The notes beneath the pieces are model-generated. The model was not told the DNA's origin and searched no databases. It saw nothing but the letters and a program-made list of their open reading frames with translations. A program made the position numbers and the translations under genes. A DNA stretch of 64,000 nt. Origin: Tubiluchus corallicola (taxonomy: Eukaryota > Animalia > Priapulida). The stretch covers positions 62,001 through 126,000 of the forward strand of contig JAQGDQ010000332.1 of NCBI GenBank assembly GCA_030141605.1. The letters are read 5' to 3'. The stretch's first letter is position 1. Each line of letters starts with the position of its first letter. Below are positions 21,201 through 33,159 of this stretch, one piece after another.

Positions 21201-21594
21201 ATTGGCATAACTTTTTATCAATACAAAATTGAATTATATAAATAATTTTTGGTTTGCACATTTGGAAGAACATCACAATCACAATTTGTACTGTTTTATT
21301 GGCCATCTTAGCTATTATTATTCGTCTATTTTTCATCTAGGTGCCAACCACAAAAATAAGCACTATTACCATCATCCTTTGTCTAAGCAAGCTTAATTTG
21401 CTGATAATGTTAAGTTGGTACGCAAGAATAGGCGCAAAACAATAATTTAAAAGTTTTTGGCAGCCATATTGATCTTTAAATTCACAAAAGAATCGGTACG
21501 TCAAAATGGCATAGAAGCTGCAAAAAATGGTTTGCATGTAAAAAAGCAAGATGGCCACACGCATCTTATTAGGAATAATAATAATAATAATAAT

Positions 21595-21689
<95 letters not shown>

Positions 21690-22936
21690 TAATAGTAGTA
21701 GTAATAGTAATAATAGTAATAATAATAATAATAATAATAAATAGTTATTTATTTCGCCAGCAGAAACGATTTAAATGAGTATATATCTCACCAAAATTTC
21801 GTGATTTCCTATCGGAAACCTAGCCAGCGATTAAGGGTTCTTGCTGTTTCTCTAAACTGGGAGTAAGCAAAATGTAGCCAGATCGTAAAAGACTCGGGGC
21901 TCGTGGATTTTTTACTTTTTAAATCCCGGCGCTTTAAACTTAATTACCTGCTTTTCCCAAGTGACTGCATCCTGCTCAAAAGGCAACAAATATGGCAATA
22001 TCGCATTTAATTTACCGTTCAGGCAAAGTATAAAGGCTACTAGTAATTATTGTCGTTTTTTTGTAATCTTTGCTTATAAAGGATTCCCACGGAGGCAACC
22101 TATGGGTAACGTTACGGAAACCACGACTAGCAAAAGCTGCTATGGCTATTAACCATTAACGATTTTCTGATCATTGTTAAAGACCTACGGCCTTTTTTCC
22201 TTACCATCAGTGCCCCCCTCCTGCTATCGTTTACCAAAATGGTCAAATAAAATGTAGACAAGAGCGCTGTATTCTAGGAGACGAAAGTAAGAACTAAATG
22301 TTGTTCTGTGTTTAAATAAGTTGTTTCTACTACCATTACAGGTTTCCAAATGGTTTTTTGACGCGAGATACTGCCTAAAGTATATTTTTATTAATAGCAT
22401 TAAGTTTTCGGGTAGAAAATACCTTCCATTTCTAGTTGATTTAAATATAGATACTGCCACATCATTTGTTTTATTTTTTCGTCATCATGCTTGACAAATC
22501 TACGTTTTCATGGCAATGTTTAACGCCACAGGATGGGCTTTAACCTACTCATTATTTTCATTTTCAGATCGTTTTAGATATGCCAGAAGATGACTCTATT
22601 AGGAAAAGTATGGCTTCACTACGCGCCTCTTTAGTGAGCCTCACGGCAAGCATCAGAAGTGGGGGAAGGATTTACCCCGCTGCTCAGCCACAACCAGACC
22701 ATGAAAATGTCGTTGCTGTTGCTCATCAAAATGAAGCAAGCAGACATTTGGCCAACCAAGATTTAGCCACTGCTCACTCTGTCAATGAAGAGACTGCGTC
22801 GGTTTCTTCTACAAATCCAGAAACATTAACGACGTCTTTTCATTCAGTTATTCAGGAAACAGGATCGTCTCTTCTTTCAGAGATACAGTCCACGTCATCT
22901 AAACCTTTGCCTAGTCTCGTGGAGATACACACATAA
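15247..22936 (+). CDS. Membrane-associated RING-CH (MARCH1/MARCH8-like) E3 ubiquitin ligase, ~635 aa
   Basis: Exons 15247-16509, 18363-18528, 18918-19027 and 22568-22936 join in frame at GT-AG sites. C4HC3 RINGv motif CRICFEDDTVEKLICPCYCSGTGAWIHRRCLEEWL..CEVC, then LKPIKK|WRKP, two TM helices and NRM|IVLDMPE (cf. MARCH1/8 KPLRKW and NRVIYVQNCPE). Start codon uncertain. Confidence 0.88.
19440..19850. mobile_element. Interspersed repeat with internal direct repeats (Helentron/HINE-like remnant)
   Basis: Two diverged copies of CAAAATCT(A/G)TCTCCTCCAAAACT..TAATGAAGACG..ACTGTGGT(A/G)CCT (~19494, ~19677) separated by a CTGTCTGTCCGTCT microsatellite. This layout is typical of DINE-1/HINE elements. 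Confidence 0.45.
21574..21741. repeat. (AAT)n microsatellite
   Basis: Directly visible; explains the poly-N/L/I ORFs. Confidence 0.97.
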
Positions 22937-23363
22937 CACTGACGCAAATTGTGGAGGACTTTGAGACTAAAACTGACGCATGGAAAGAACTACCTTTGCA
23001 ATGTGTTCTTTTCCAATAAAAAAAGCTCTTGTAGTTCGAGCCATACGTTAATTTACGTCCTACAAAATCTTCATAGTCTGTGCGGGAGGTAGGCCAGCAC
23101 ACAGGATGGCCAAGTGGTCCATTTGGCCGCGCCTTACAGATCTGAGGGGCACAAAGGAATAACGTTTGCTAAAAATGCTGATATTGTAAAAAGAGTCAAG
23201 GAAATTATTGTAGAAAACTGAAATAAACTATATTCGAAATTTACTATAATATATGCATGTATTATGCATCTTGTTGCAGTTTCCGCAGAATCATATGATG
23301 TTATTTAACCAGTTGAGTCCACAGTCTATGACTAATTTTTTTTCATTCTGTTTTTATTTGCAA

Positions 23364-24189
23364 GTAGGGGAGACCGGGAATGGTTCAACATATTGTGTAT
23401 TTTTCTCTTGTAAACATGTAAATCCTTAGCGACCGTGACGTAATGCAAAGTACACATCGTCCTCTATATATTTGCTAATTAAGATAGGTAGGGGTTACAA
23501 GAATATGGAGATTTGGAAAATTAAATTATAACAACAAACTCATCAGTCGGGCGTAACAGCTTGGGACAGTTGAAACAATGTTTTAAGTAGCAGTTGTATT
23601 CATGCACATAGCAAGATTTTTTCCAATGAACCTAAATTAGTAGGACACTTAATTATAGAAACAAGCCAATACACAAATACAACATGCCGAGGACAAGGAC
23701 AGTGAAATTTCGTTTATAATGTAAATTGAAAAAAGTTACTGATCAAGTTTTTAACTCCGATAACCAAATTTTGATCAAAATTTAAGGGCAGTTGCTGATG
23801 AGTGATGGATTTTGGACTGAAATGGTCAAGATCGCAACAGTGGTAAAAATAATTGGCAAATTAGTAGTGCTGGATTGTAGCGTTACAACTAACCCCAAGG
23901 GTACTTTGTACTGGAAAACTATGAGTTAAAAAATATTCCAGTATTTAAGACTTTTTATAGCATAGCATAAGCTACGTAGTGGAAGGTCAGTACTTTCTTA
24001 TTTTACTATTGCGTACGTTAATCAATAGATCTAATATTCCAAAAAATTACTTTCAGCTTTCAAAATTGCGCTGGCATTGATGTATATAACAGGTTGCCCA
24101 GAAATCATTGTAAACTAGCTTTCCTTTGTTTAAAGTAATGTAGATATAGGTTGCTTCAACTTGCCCGAGATACATCCAGCCCTCTCCCA
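23364..24189. mobile_element. Degenerate non-autonomous DNA transposon
   Basis: Left end TAGGGGAGACCGGGAATGGTTCAAC; degenerate inverted end CAACTTGCCCGAG..CCCTCTCCC; internal CAACTAACCCCA. Confidence 0.35.
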
Positions 24190-27100
24190 TGCATTTCAAC
24201 TACATATCATACTCATACATGTATAAAATTTAATCACATTGATTAAGCACTGATTGAAGAAATGCCTATTATGCGTGACTGATAAGTGGTGGAAAAATAT
24301 TAAAAACTGTTACGTTTAAATCCGGCACAGAAGTTATCATAATAATTATCTTGCTAATTTTACTTGCATTACTTAACAGTATCGCGAAATTCATGTTCAG
24401 ATTTCAATTTTATACGTGATCAGTTTTATTCTTGTCACATTCGCATTGTGAGATGTACCAGTGTAACTAAAGTATGTAACAAAATACACGCATAATGTGC
24501 TACGTAAATAAATTTTACATTACATTGCTTAACGAGAATAGTAAGGCATTGACTTGGTTTATTAACAACGCGTGGTAATTAATTGATTTACGTACTGCGC
24601 TCTATAAACAAGCGTGCCGATAAGTGTACCATTTCGGTTGCCTTGATCTCATTGTGTCTATAGGAGATAGAATGGGAAGCTTTTGGTACTTAATATAAGA
24701 CCCTAGTCACCCTCCCATAATCATAAGCAACCTGGCAAGGTCAAAGTCAAGATCTAGACTAGTTTGCCATAGTGCGGTTTTCAACCTTACATACCGATAT
24801 GACTGCTTTGACCTCATTGCCCTAAAGGAACTTCGTCGGTTATATAAACTTCTTAAAAATGTATTTAGTTTCAAGTCTTTCGTATAATGTTGATCCATAC
24901 TACTACACTTAACTAACTCTATTAAACTAGACGATTATAACAAGAAAAGGCTGAGGTAGTCGTCTGTAAAACCAAAATCAGCAAAATGTATTGCAAACAA
25001 GCGCAGCAGGGAATCTTTCAGGCATTTTAAACAATTTTCTAAGCTTCCGCCATTTTTTATAATATGTGGAAATTTTAGCTCCACGTGAAAGTATTATACA
25101 CAAGCGGTGTAATTACGTGTACAAATACTTGCCTGGGAGGAAAAATCAGATTTTCACGCGGTTTTCTCAGTTGTAGTTTCTGATATATTACGCCAACAGA
25201 AAAAATAAACAAACATTAGGGTTACTACACTAAGATGCCAAGTTCCCATTAATTAATGTGAAACTGCCTCAATTTTCTCCCATAATTACTATCATCATAA
25301 ACTACACAAAGCTTCAAAATCTTAAAGAAAGCATTATGTAATTCGGTCATATATTTGCAGCCCATTATGTCACTTTAGTGAAAACTTTTAATTTAGCCAA
25401 AAAGATGAAGTCTGCACATTATAAGCGATGATGAGAACTACACTGCTCATACTGAGCAAAACAACTACGTGTAATCTTTCAAACATCTCAAGTTAGATAA
25501 GAGTCATTAGAATTGCTACAAACAGAGGTCATTATGAACAACCAAACCCAAAATAATAAGGGATATTATGCAATTCGTGCAAAGAAATTATGTAATGGTG
25601 AGCAAGGGATAATAATGTAAATGAGGCACGAAATCATGTTGCACAAAAGCAAGTATCGATGATCTAGAACATGCGATTACAATAAAAACTACCGCCATTT
25701 TTGGCACTAAAAAGACAATAATTTGCGTCCGTGTTGCAAACCAGTGTATTTTTTGGAATGGAGACAGCTCTAGCTGGACGCCTGGAATAAACGAATTTAA
25801 TATAAGGTTGAAAGCTGCAAGAAAGCCAACTACGTAATTTACTAAAGCCGAAGAGTAATCTAATTCCCATGTACTTAATGTTTGCCGCTGTGATTTAATT
25901 TTGTATGACGTCCATAGTCGCTGCTCTGATTAAATATGTTGTGTATATCCCCGATTTTAAGTCATCAACATAGAGATCCGGTAGAAAAGAATTACATGTT
26001 TTATTAATTTGAAATGTTATTATTTTCTGTACTGTTGTTTTGTTTATGTATTTACTTGTATTTTCGTTGTACATATTAATAATGTTGTACTAATATCATA
26101 TAAACGAGTTTTTATATAAAGTAGTAAATCAAATCAAATCGACATGTTCGTATATAAGTTTCAATTGACGTCAAACATATTGGTCTATCGCTCTGCCTCC
26201 GCTGTAACGTAAGCGCACTCAGCGGCATTCGGGACAACAGCTCATGCTGGACAACAACTGTCTAACTAAACTAAACAACATGACAGTCACAATTAATGTC
26301 TATTCAGCAGATAAACTGATTGCACGTTTTCATAAACATAAGCAGAGTATTATTATAATATTATTAAATATAAATTTGCAGAGTAGCAGCTATTTTTACA
26401 CGAAAGTAGGCAAAAAATGACTTTTCAATTTAAACAGAAAGTAGAGATAAAGTTTCAAAGCACTACAAAATTTAGAGACATAAGTATAATAAAGAAACTA
26501 AGCCAGTTAGCATTGCTTTACAATAAATGGGCAACAAAATATATTTACGAGTCTCTTTTGCCTTTGAATATGCGAACGCATCATACCTGCGACGTATAGC
26601 AGAAAATAGACTATTTCAGGATATAAATTTCACGTTGATATATAACATAAATTTTGACCACATTTGAATTAATTTGGACCGTGAAGATCTTGAGGTTTAT
26701 AAAAACTGACCAGAAAAAACATTTTGCCTGAATGTGAATTCGAATGAGTATGCTCGCTTACCACGTAATCGTGATAGTTGTCACGTATTTCCGTAAATGA
26801 GTGTTCAACTCTACCGCTGGGATTCAACTATTGCTAACTGGCCATTCCTACAATCTGCGCAAACGTACTTAGAAGTGATCATGCTGTAATTTTTACATGC
26901 ATGTTAACCTTGAGTCATTTACACCTGCCAACTCGGGCTTCAATTTATAAAGTTATAAATTTCATTGTCACCTCTGTTCAAGTCGGCCATTTTACATTTG
27001 TGATCATTGAAGCAGCGTCATATGATCGGCCTAATTAACCTCGTTAAGTTAATTTGCATTTTATAAAGTTAATACATGTCCTTATCTAGCTTGCAAGGTC

Positions 27101-30100
27101 GTACATTAAACTTAACTGCGTATTTTATTAATAGCAAAATCAGTAACTCATAGACGGAAGCCTGTGCATTTCTTCCTATCAAAACGAAATTATACTATGT
27201 ATTTCCACTAATTCACCTGCAATTTTAATCGACAATACAGATAATCGACAACCTGTAATAAGATCCACAACCAGGCTGATTTCTCTCCCGCAAATTTATG
27301 AAAAGTTGAGCATTTTTCATAAGAATATAACATATACCGACAATACATAGCCAGAGCTCTTGTCCCGAAAGACGAGGTAATGAACCAGTTCTGTGGCGTG
27401 TGAAAAATATGCACACTGATTGGACAGTCAGTAGAGCTTGACTGAGAATGATTGACATTTTGTTTGACGTCAGTTTGTTGGCTAAATGCTACTAACTGAA
27501 AAATATAATGTTTGGAACCAAGGACAAGAAATAAAAAAAGAAAAAAGCTAAGAATGGGCCTGGTATTTATGTAGGACCTTGGCAAATCTACTACCAGAAC
27601 GACTGGCCCAGATGGGCAATCAAATACCAGTACATCTGGAGCAGGTGCCAACCAACCTTTTTGATGCTCTATTATACCTCTGTATTGGGTCTGATATTTT
27701 TGCAAATTCCTGTGTAGGCCCCTAAATAGTATAACTATAAATAAAACAATGATTTGTATACATACCATGATTATTCTCTTAGATTTGCATATATCTCTAG
27801 AAAAAGGCAAATATACTAAATCGTACATCAAGTCTTAGTTCAGTCATAACAGCTCATAAGTAATCCAATAATTTCAAGTGCTAGTACCCTCACACTAGAG
27901 TGAATTAGAATAATGTGTAGTCTAGTGGACTTTTATCTAAACATCAGGCATACCAGGAGTTTTTCACAAGTCATTCTTTTAAATTAAGTCAGGTTCCAAA
28001 TACTTAATAATTATACGTTCAGTCCATTATCAGGTAACACATATACAAATATAACAGCTACACATATTATGAATATTTTCAGAACAACAACAGAATGTAT
28101 AGTAACTATAACAATTTTATTAGTTTAATTTATTATTTTATTAGTGTATTATTTTAAAAGTGCAAAGTGTAGTTTGTGCGAAACAGAGTGGTGGGTAAGG
28201 TTTCCTAATTATATCAGATGGCGCAAAGTTTTGATCACGATATGATCTGTATAAAAAATATAACGGGATCGCTTCAAAATTTTCACACTGAAGTTACAAT
28301 CGATTATGTATAAACGCTAAAAATTTTAGTCTTTCCCTTAAGACCTAAAACAACAAGTCAAAAAAAATAAATGAGAAAAAATTTCATGTCACTATTAATG
28401 AAGGCCTTTTTTCCAACAGCTGACACAGTTTCTCACATTTTTAAGGGGTATTTGGTACCAGCACTCATCAGTTTTTGCCTTTAGTTCCTCTGTATCAAAC
28501 GGCTCTGTGCAAGTCTTACGCTTTTTAAGTCCCACTTTTTATTGGTAACAAATCTTTTTCAGTGTCTTATCTTTTGTAGTGAAAACCACAATATAAACTG
28601 GTTGATTTGATACCTTAATCGTTTTGCTGGCATGTGCAAAAAGCTTTATACCTCAACATGGCTATTTTTCAATTTAAATTTTCTGGCATTTAAATTTTTA
28701 ATATGTATAAGCTTTTTGGCCATAACTCAAAGACCATTAAAGCTACTTCTTTTTCAACTTCAATGTTGAAATGGTGAAATTTCAACTTTTAAGTCATTGC
28801 TTCTAAATTTATCATAATCCAAACTTTGGCACACTTTTTCTTCGCCAACCAATATAATATTATGTAATTATATTTAGTAGTATCATAATAAACTATTATT
28901 CACTACTACCAGTATATATGTCACTCAGCACATCTGCACGGACATACTATAACATTTCAACCACTTTTTCTCTACAACGTTAAACACTAATGTACATTCT
29001 AAAATCAATTACAAAAGCTGCCCTAAAATTAGTTTACCTAAATTTGTACATTTCAGTGTGTACAATCTGCAAATCAATGCACATTATCAAAATCGTACTT
29101 ACAAGGTTAAGAGTGTTAAGTGCTCAACAGGTCATTAAAACAGATTATAAACATAGTTTAAGTAACATATGTCAAAGAAAAATCTGCATCACTATTTTTG
29201 AAGTATTGTTGCCCCAGGAGTTAAATTCTGAGATAGATTAAAAAATGCCTGCACCATCCGAAATCATTAAATTATACTTACAATTATGACGTGTGATGTA
29301 TCTGTGAACATTACTGGGGTCATTCACTCAATCCTTATAAAGACTGCCCATACATGCCGACTCTAGCATGTAAAAGTAATCAACCAACAAAAAAATTTAA
29401 TTTCAAAAATTGTGTAAATTTTTGGGAAAATATTTTCAGCCTAAGGCATACTCAATAAAATGACAGGTGACACAAAGTGAAAAAGGTTTATATTACCAAA
29501 ATATCAAGCATCATTAACTTGGCCATGGCAGTATTTTAGTGTTCAAGGACTAGACAACTGCTATAACTACATTTTCATTTCAACAACACTTAATCACAAC
29601 TGTTAAGAAACAGGTTGAGAGTAAAAAAGTAAAAAATCTAAGCAATTCAGCAATTCCAATAGCATAAACGTTGTTATCAGAAAATTAAGCTACCACATAT
29701 CTAGAACCTGCTAGAATTATTCCACCTAATTTCACAAAATTCACACACGCTTACTCTATTCAATGCAAAAAATAAAACTTTGAACAATACCTTCAGACAT
29801 GGCCTTGTCAGTTACACAGATAATATATTTCTCATGGCAGCTATATCAGAATTAATATCAAGTTGGCATCAATTTTTTACACAACTAATGTGCTGGCTGA
29901 AAGGCTGCAAAGTGCACAATAAGATAAGATGAGTAAACTTGTCAGTTACGTTAAGTCTAATACACCTTTAGTTGCTAAAGTCTATTATCCTATTCTTAAT
30001 AAAATAACACTCAATCATTTAAAGATTAAAATCAGGCAATGCTCAATTCAGCTGAATTATAGCAGTTGGGAGAATAATTTTGCTAATGTATCTATTCTTC

Positions 30101-30884
30101 ACATGTCTATTCAAATTTGAAGTTAGCTATACATGACTATAAAAATCAGAAAAAAACAGCAGCATACTATCTTTCAAGGTGACGGAAATAGCTGAATGGT
30201 AATATATGTTTAGTGCAAAAATTTAAGCAATGTTATGGATGGCTTGCAAATGGATGGATGATTGCCAGGAAGATGGCTCCGGTTAATTCTATCTGCCATT
30301 AAGTGCTTGTAATGTGCTGAAGTTTACTACTGAAATGGCATGCTAATAGATATGCCATTATTCAGTGGAAATATCAATGTTTTTGATTTAAAATTATGCA
30401 TTCCAGGCAAGCAACAAAAATTTTGTCCTGCAATTTATTTTTGCAGTGTCTTAATCCACAAGACCATAAAACATTTCTACAACTAAAGAATGTTAAAGAA
30501 GATCTATAGGTGATTTTACACTACTATGCCTAAATTATACTATAAACAGGAAAAAAAGTGAAAGCTAAATTTTTGTGAAGTAACCTTCAGAGTTTTGTTT
30601 GTTAAGAGATATTTTTGCAATACACCACTCTAAGCATATTATGCAAGTTTAAGATTGACAGAAATTTATGGCTTCATTTCACAATAATGCACAACAAATT
30701 GCACATTAGTGATACTTACAAATACAAGTGTATTTTATGAGCCTAGGGATTTCCTTGCACAGTTTGCAAACATTTTTAGCAGTTGTAAGCTAATTTTACG
30801 GTTTACACTAGCTAATACATTATACTATTAACATCAGCATTGTACTGCAGACTAAACAGCTAAAACTGTTTTCCCTAAATGTTC

Positions 30885-32054
30885 TTATTCAATAGAAATG
30901 AGGCAAAATATAGTGGTGTATGCATGATCTAGATGAGGAAATGGCTTGTCAGTAAAATTTCCAACATCCAAAGCATCATGACCTATTTCTCCATTACCGA
31001 AAAATCCAACTAAAGGAGTTTTTGGAAAAACTTTTCGAAAAGCATCTGCTTCAACATTATGCTCACCATACCAACCCCATCCTCGACCAAGGCATGCAAA
31101 CTGAAATGCAAATGATGTTTCTTCATTTAATCCAACCTGTTTCAATTTCTTCAGATGCTGCAGTGCAGTTTCGGCTGTTGTCACCTCGCTACCCAGGATG
31201 ATGCTTGCTGCTTTGACGTTTTTTCCGGAGATTCCGACGACCAATATGTTGGACTCTGACTCAATCTCCTCTGGATTTAGCTGCCCATCCCTGAAAACAT
31301 ATTCGGCGATACCTCCAGCGATAACAACATCCCCTGACCTCCGATTCCAGATGGTTTTACATATTTCCTTTCCTGCGTTATTTAAATCATGAAATGGTTG
31401 TGCACCATCAGGAAACATCAGCAGACATTTTATATCATTGTCCTGCATGATCCATGGATAATGTTCCTGCCACTTTTTAAAATTTTGTTGCGTAAGAATA
31501 AACTTGTGTATACTCACATCCGGAATTGCTGGAAGGCAGAGGCAGCTGAATGCAGCATCCTCACCTTCTTGCTCTTTAACTTTTCCTCCGTCATCAGTGC
31601 CTATAACGCCGGATGATCCAACACCAAATATGCCAGAAGATGGAGGCAGTACTTCATTTAAACACTTGAGAAATTTTTGTTTGCGTCTTTTCATACAAGA
31701 AACAACTTCGCTACTGTAATTAGAAAAGTCACCTCGGTTGGGAACACAAGCACCTTTGCCTTCAATAATGTTGTCAGTTGCAAACACTATAGTAAGCTTA
31801 GGTTCTGCATATAAACGACTTAAATAATCGTACTTTAGACTCACAAGAGCTTTGTGCAAGTCGTAGGTTTCATCTATGTTTCTGAAAAAGCAGGAAGGAT
31901 TCATTTTGCGTAGACGCTTGAGTCGACGACTAGCATTTGCCCATGCTTTGCACACACGAGCAGCTGTATTTAGCGTTACAGCTGGTAAACACGAGAGTAC
32001 TCTGTCCGTGACAACAGGTATAGTTGTTAATATGTTTGTTGGTACATCAACCAT
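30885..32054 (-). CDS. FBXO22: F-box only protein 22 (F-box + FIST-C domain), 389 aa, single coding exon
   Basis: N-terminal F-box (ILTTIPVVTDRVLSCLPAVTLNTAARVCKAW) and C-terminal FIST-C motif FACLGRG..NVEADAFRKVFPKTPLVGFFGNGEIG, matching FBXO22. A splice acceptor at 32063 makes the ATG at 32054 more likely than the ORF-track start at 32105. Confidence 0.9.
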   Translation of the reverse strand: MVDVPTNILTTIPVVTDRVLSCLPAVTLNTAARVCKAWANASRRLKRLRKMNPSCFFRNIDETYDLHKALVSLKYDYLSRLYAEPKLTIVFATDNIIEGKGACVPNRGDFSNYSSEVVSCMKRRKQKFLKCLNEVLPPSSGIFGVGSSGVIGTDDGGKVKEQEGEDAAFSCLCLPAIPDVSIHKFILTQQNFKKWQEHYPWIMQDNDIKCLLMFPDGAQPFHDLNNAGKEICKTIWNRRSGDVVIAGGIAEYVFRDGQLNPEEIESESNILVVGISGKNVKAASIILGSEVTTAETALQHLKKLKQVGLNEETSFAFQFACLGRGWGWYGEHNVEADAFRKVFPKTPLVGFFGNGEIGHDALDVGNFTDKPFPHLDHAYTTIFCLISIE

Positions 32055-32974
32055 GACCTCTCCTGCAACAATCAAATTATATAACAAAATTAAACCAGGT
32101 ACCATAACTTTAAGATTAAGAAGATTGCGGAATTAGGATACATGTCTCCTCTTAGTGAACTATAAGAGCATCAAATGCGAAAAATAATAATTAGGCATAA
32201 AAATACCAAAATAGTTGGTAATAGGCACTTAAAGGCTTGCAATCACAAAATTACATTAGGCCTACAGTCTAGATTTTAGCCTATTATTTGTCCTCGTTTT
32301 TAATTTGAGAATCAAAACAATTTCTTTAATGCAACTTCTCATTACAATTACTACAAGTACCAAAACTACTACACGGACAAGTGATACACACTGCTACTGA
32401 TCGAGCCTAATACCCAGCTAATACCCAACATCCATCTTGCAAACATTTTTAAAATTTACAGCCTTAAACAGTAAATACGTCTGTTAGTGATGAATCAGTA
32501 TTTATTAAACATTGATAATAAATGCATGTATACAAGTACCGGTACCCAGTACTACTGTAGAACTGCGGTACCTACCAACAGGAAAATTCCTTTCTTCCTA
32601 TAAAGTAAAAATTTAGTTAACACATCGCTAGGTTGGCAATGCGAAGAGTAAATACAAAAAGTTCTCAGGCACATTACATTTGGCGAGCGAGGCATAGCAA
32701 CACTCAAGCCAATAATTACTTGTGAGCCTGATGACACCCTGACTCAAGTAACTAACGTAATTTAAAAAAGGAACAAAACAACTTCTATGCCTTACAACTT
32801 ATACACACCTTGAAATCAGTTTCCAGCGAAACTGCGATTGAAATTAAAACAATTAAATATCCTAAAAAGGCAAACTTCCAGCTGGCGAATTAATGCGGTT
32901 GCGTTGTTAGTCAGCTCCAGGCAAACCAAACTAAACAAAAACTGAAAAAGACGGAATTTAAATTTTTTGCGAAC

Positions 32975-33159
32975 TTACATGCCATCTTACCTGTAATGTG
33001 TATGTTTAGTTGCAAAACAACAAAAACTAAAAGTAGTTATATTTTATAACAACACTGATATCAGTAAGTTGACAAAATTTCTGTTTTGAGTCAACTTAAA
33101 GAAATTATATTATAGTGATCAACTTCAGTTGTGTGTTGCTTAGTTGCGCCTGGGCAAAA
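32975..33159. promoter_or_regulatory. Putative bidirectional promoter / 5'UTR region between FBXO22 and NDUFB8
   Basis: Minus-strand donors CAG|GTAAG (32990) and T|GTAAGT (32978) lie <200 bp from the plus-strand NDUFB8 ATG. Confidence 0.45.

Noticed and set aside
21457-21778. Poly-N/L/I ORFs
   Set aside because: (AAT)n microsatellite
27208-27831. 207-aa minus ORF
   Set aside because: No recognisable domain or convincing splice context; composition resembles AT-rich non-coding DNA. Cannot be fully excluded without a search.
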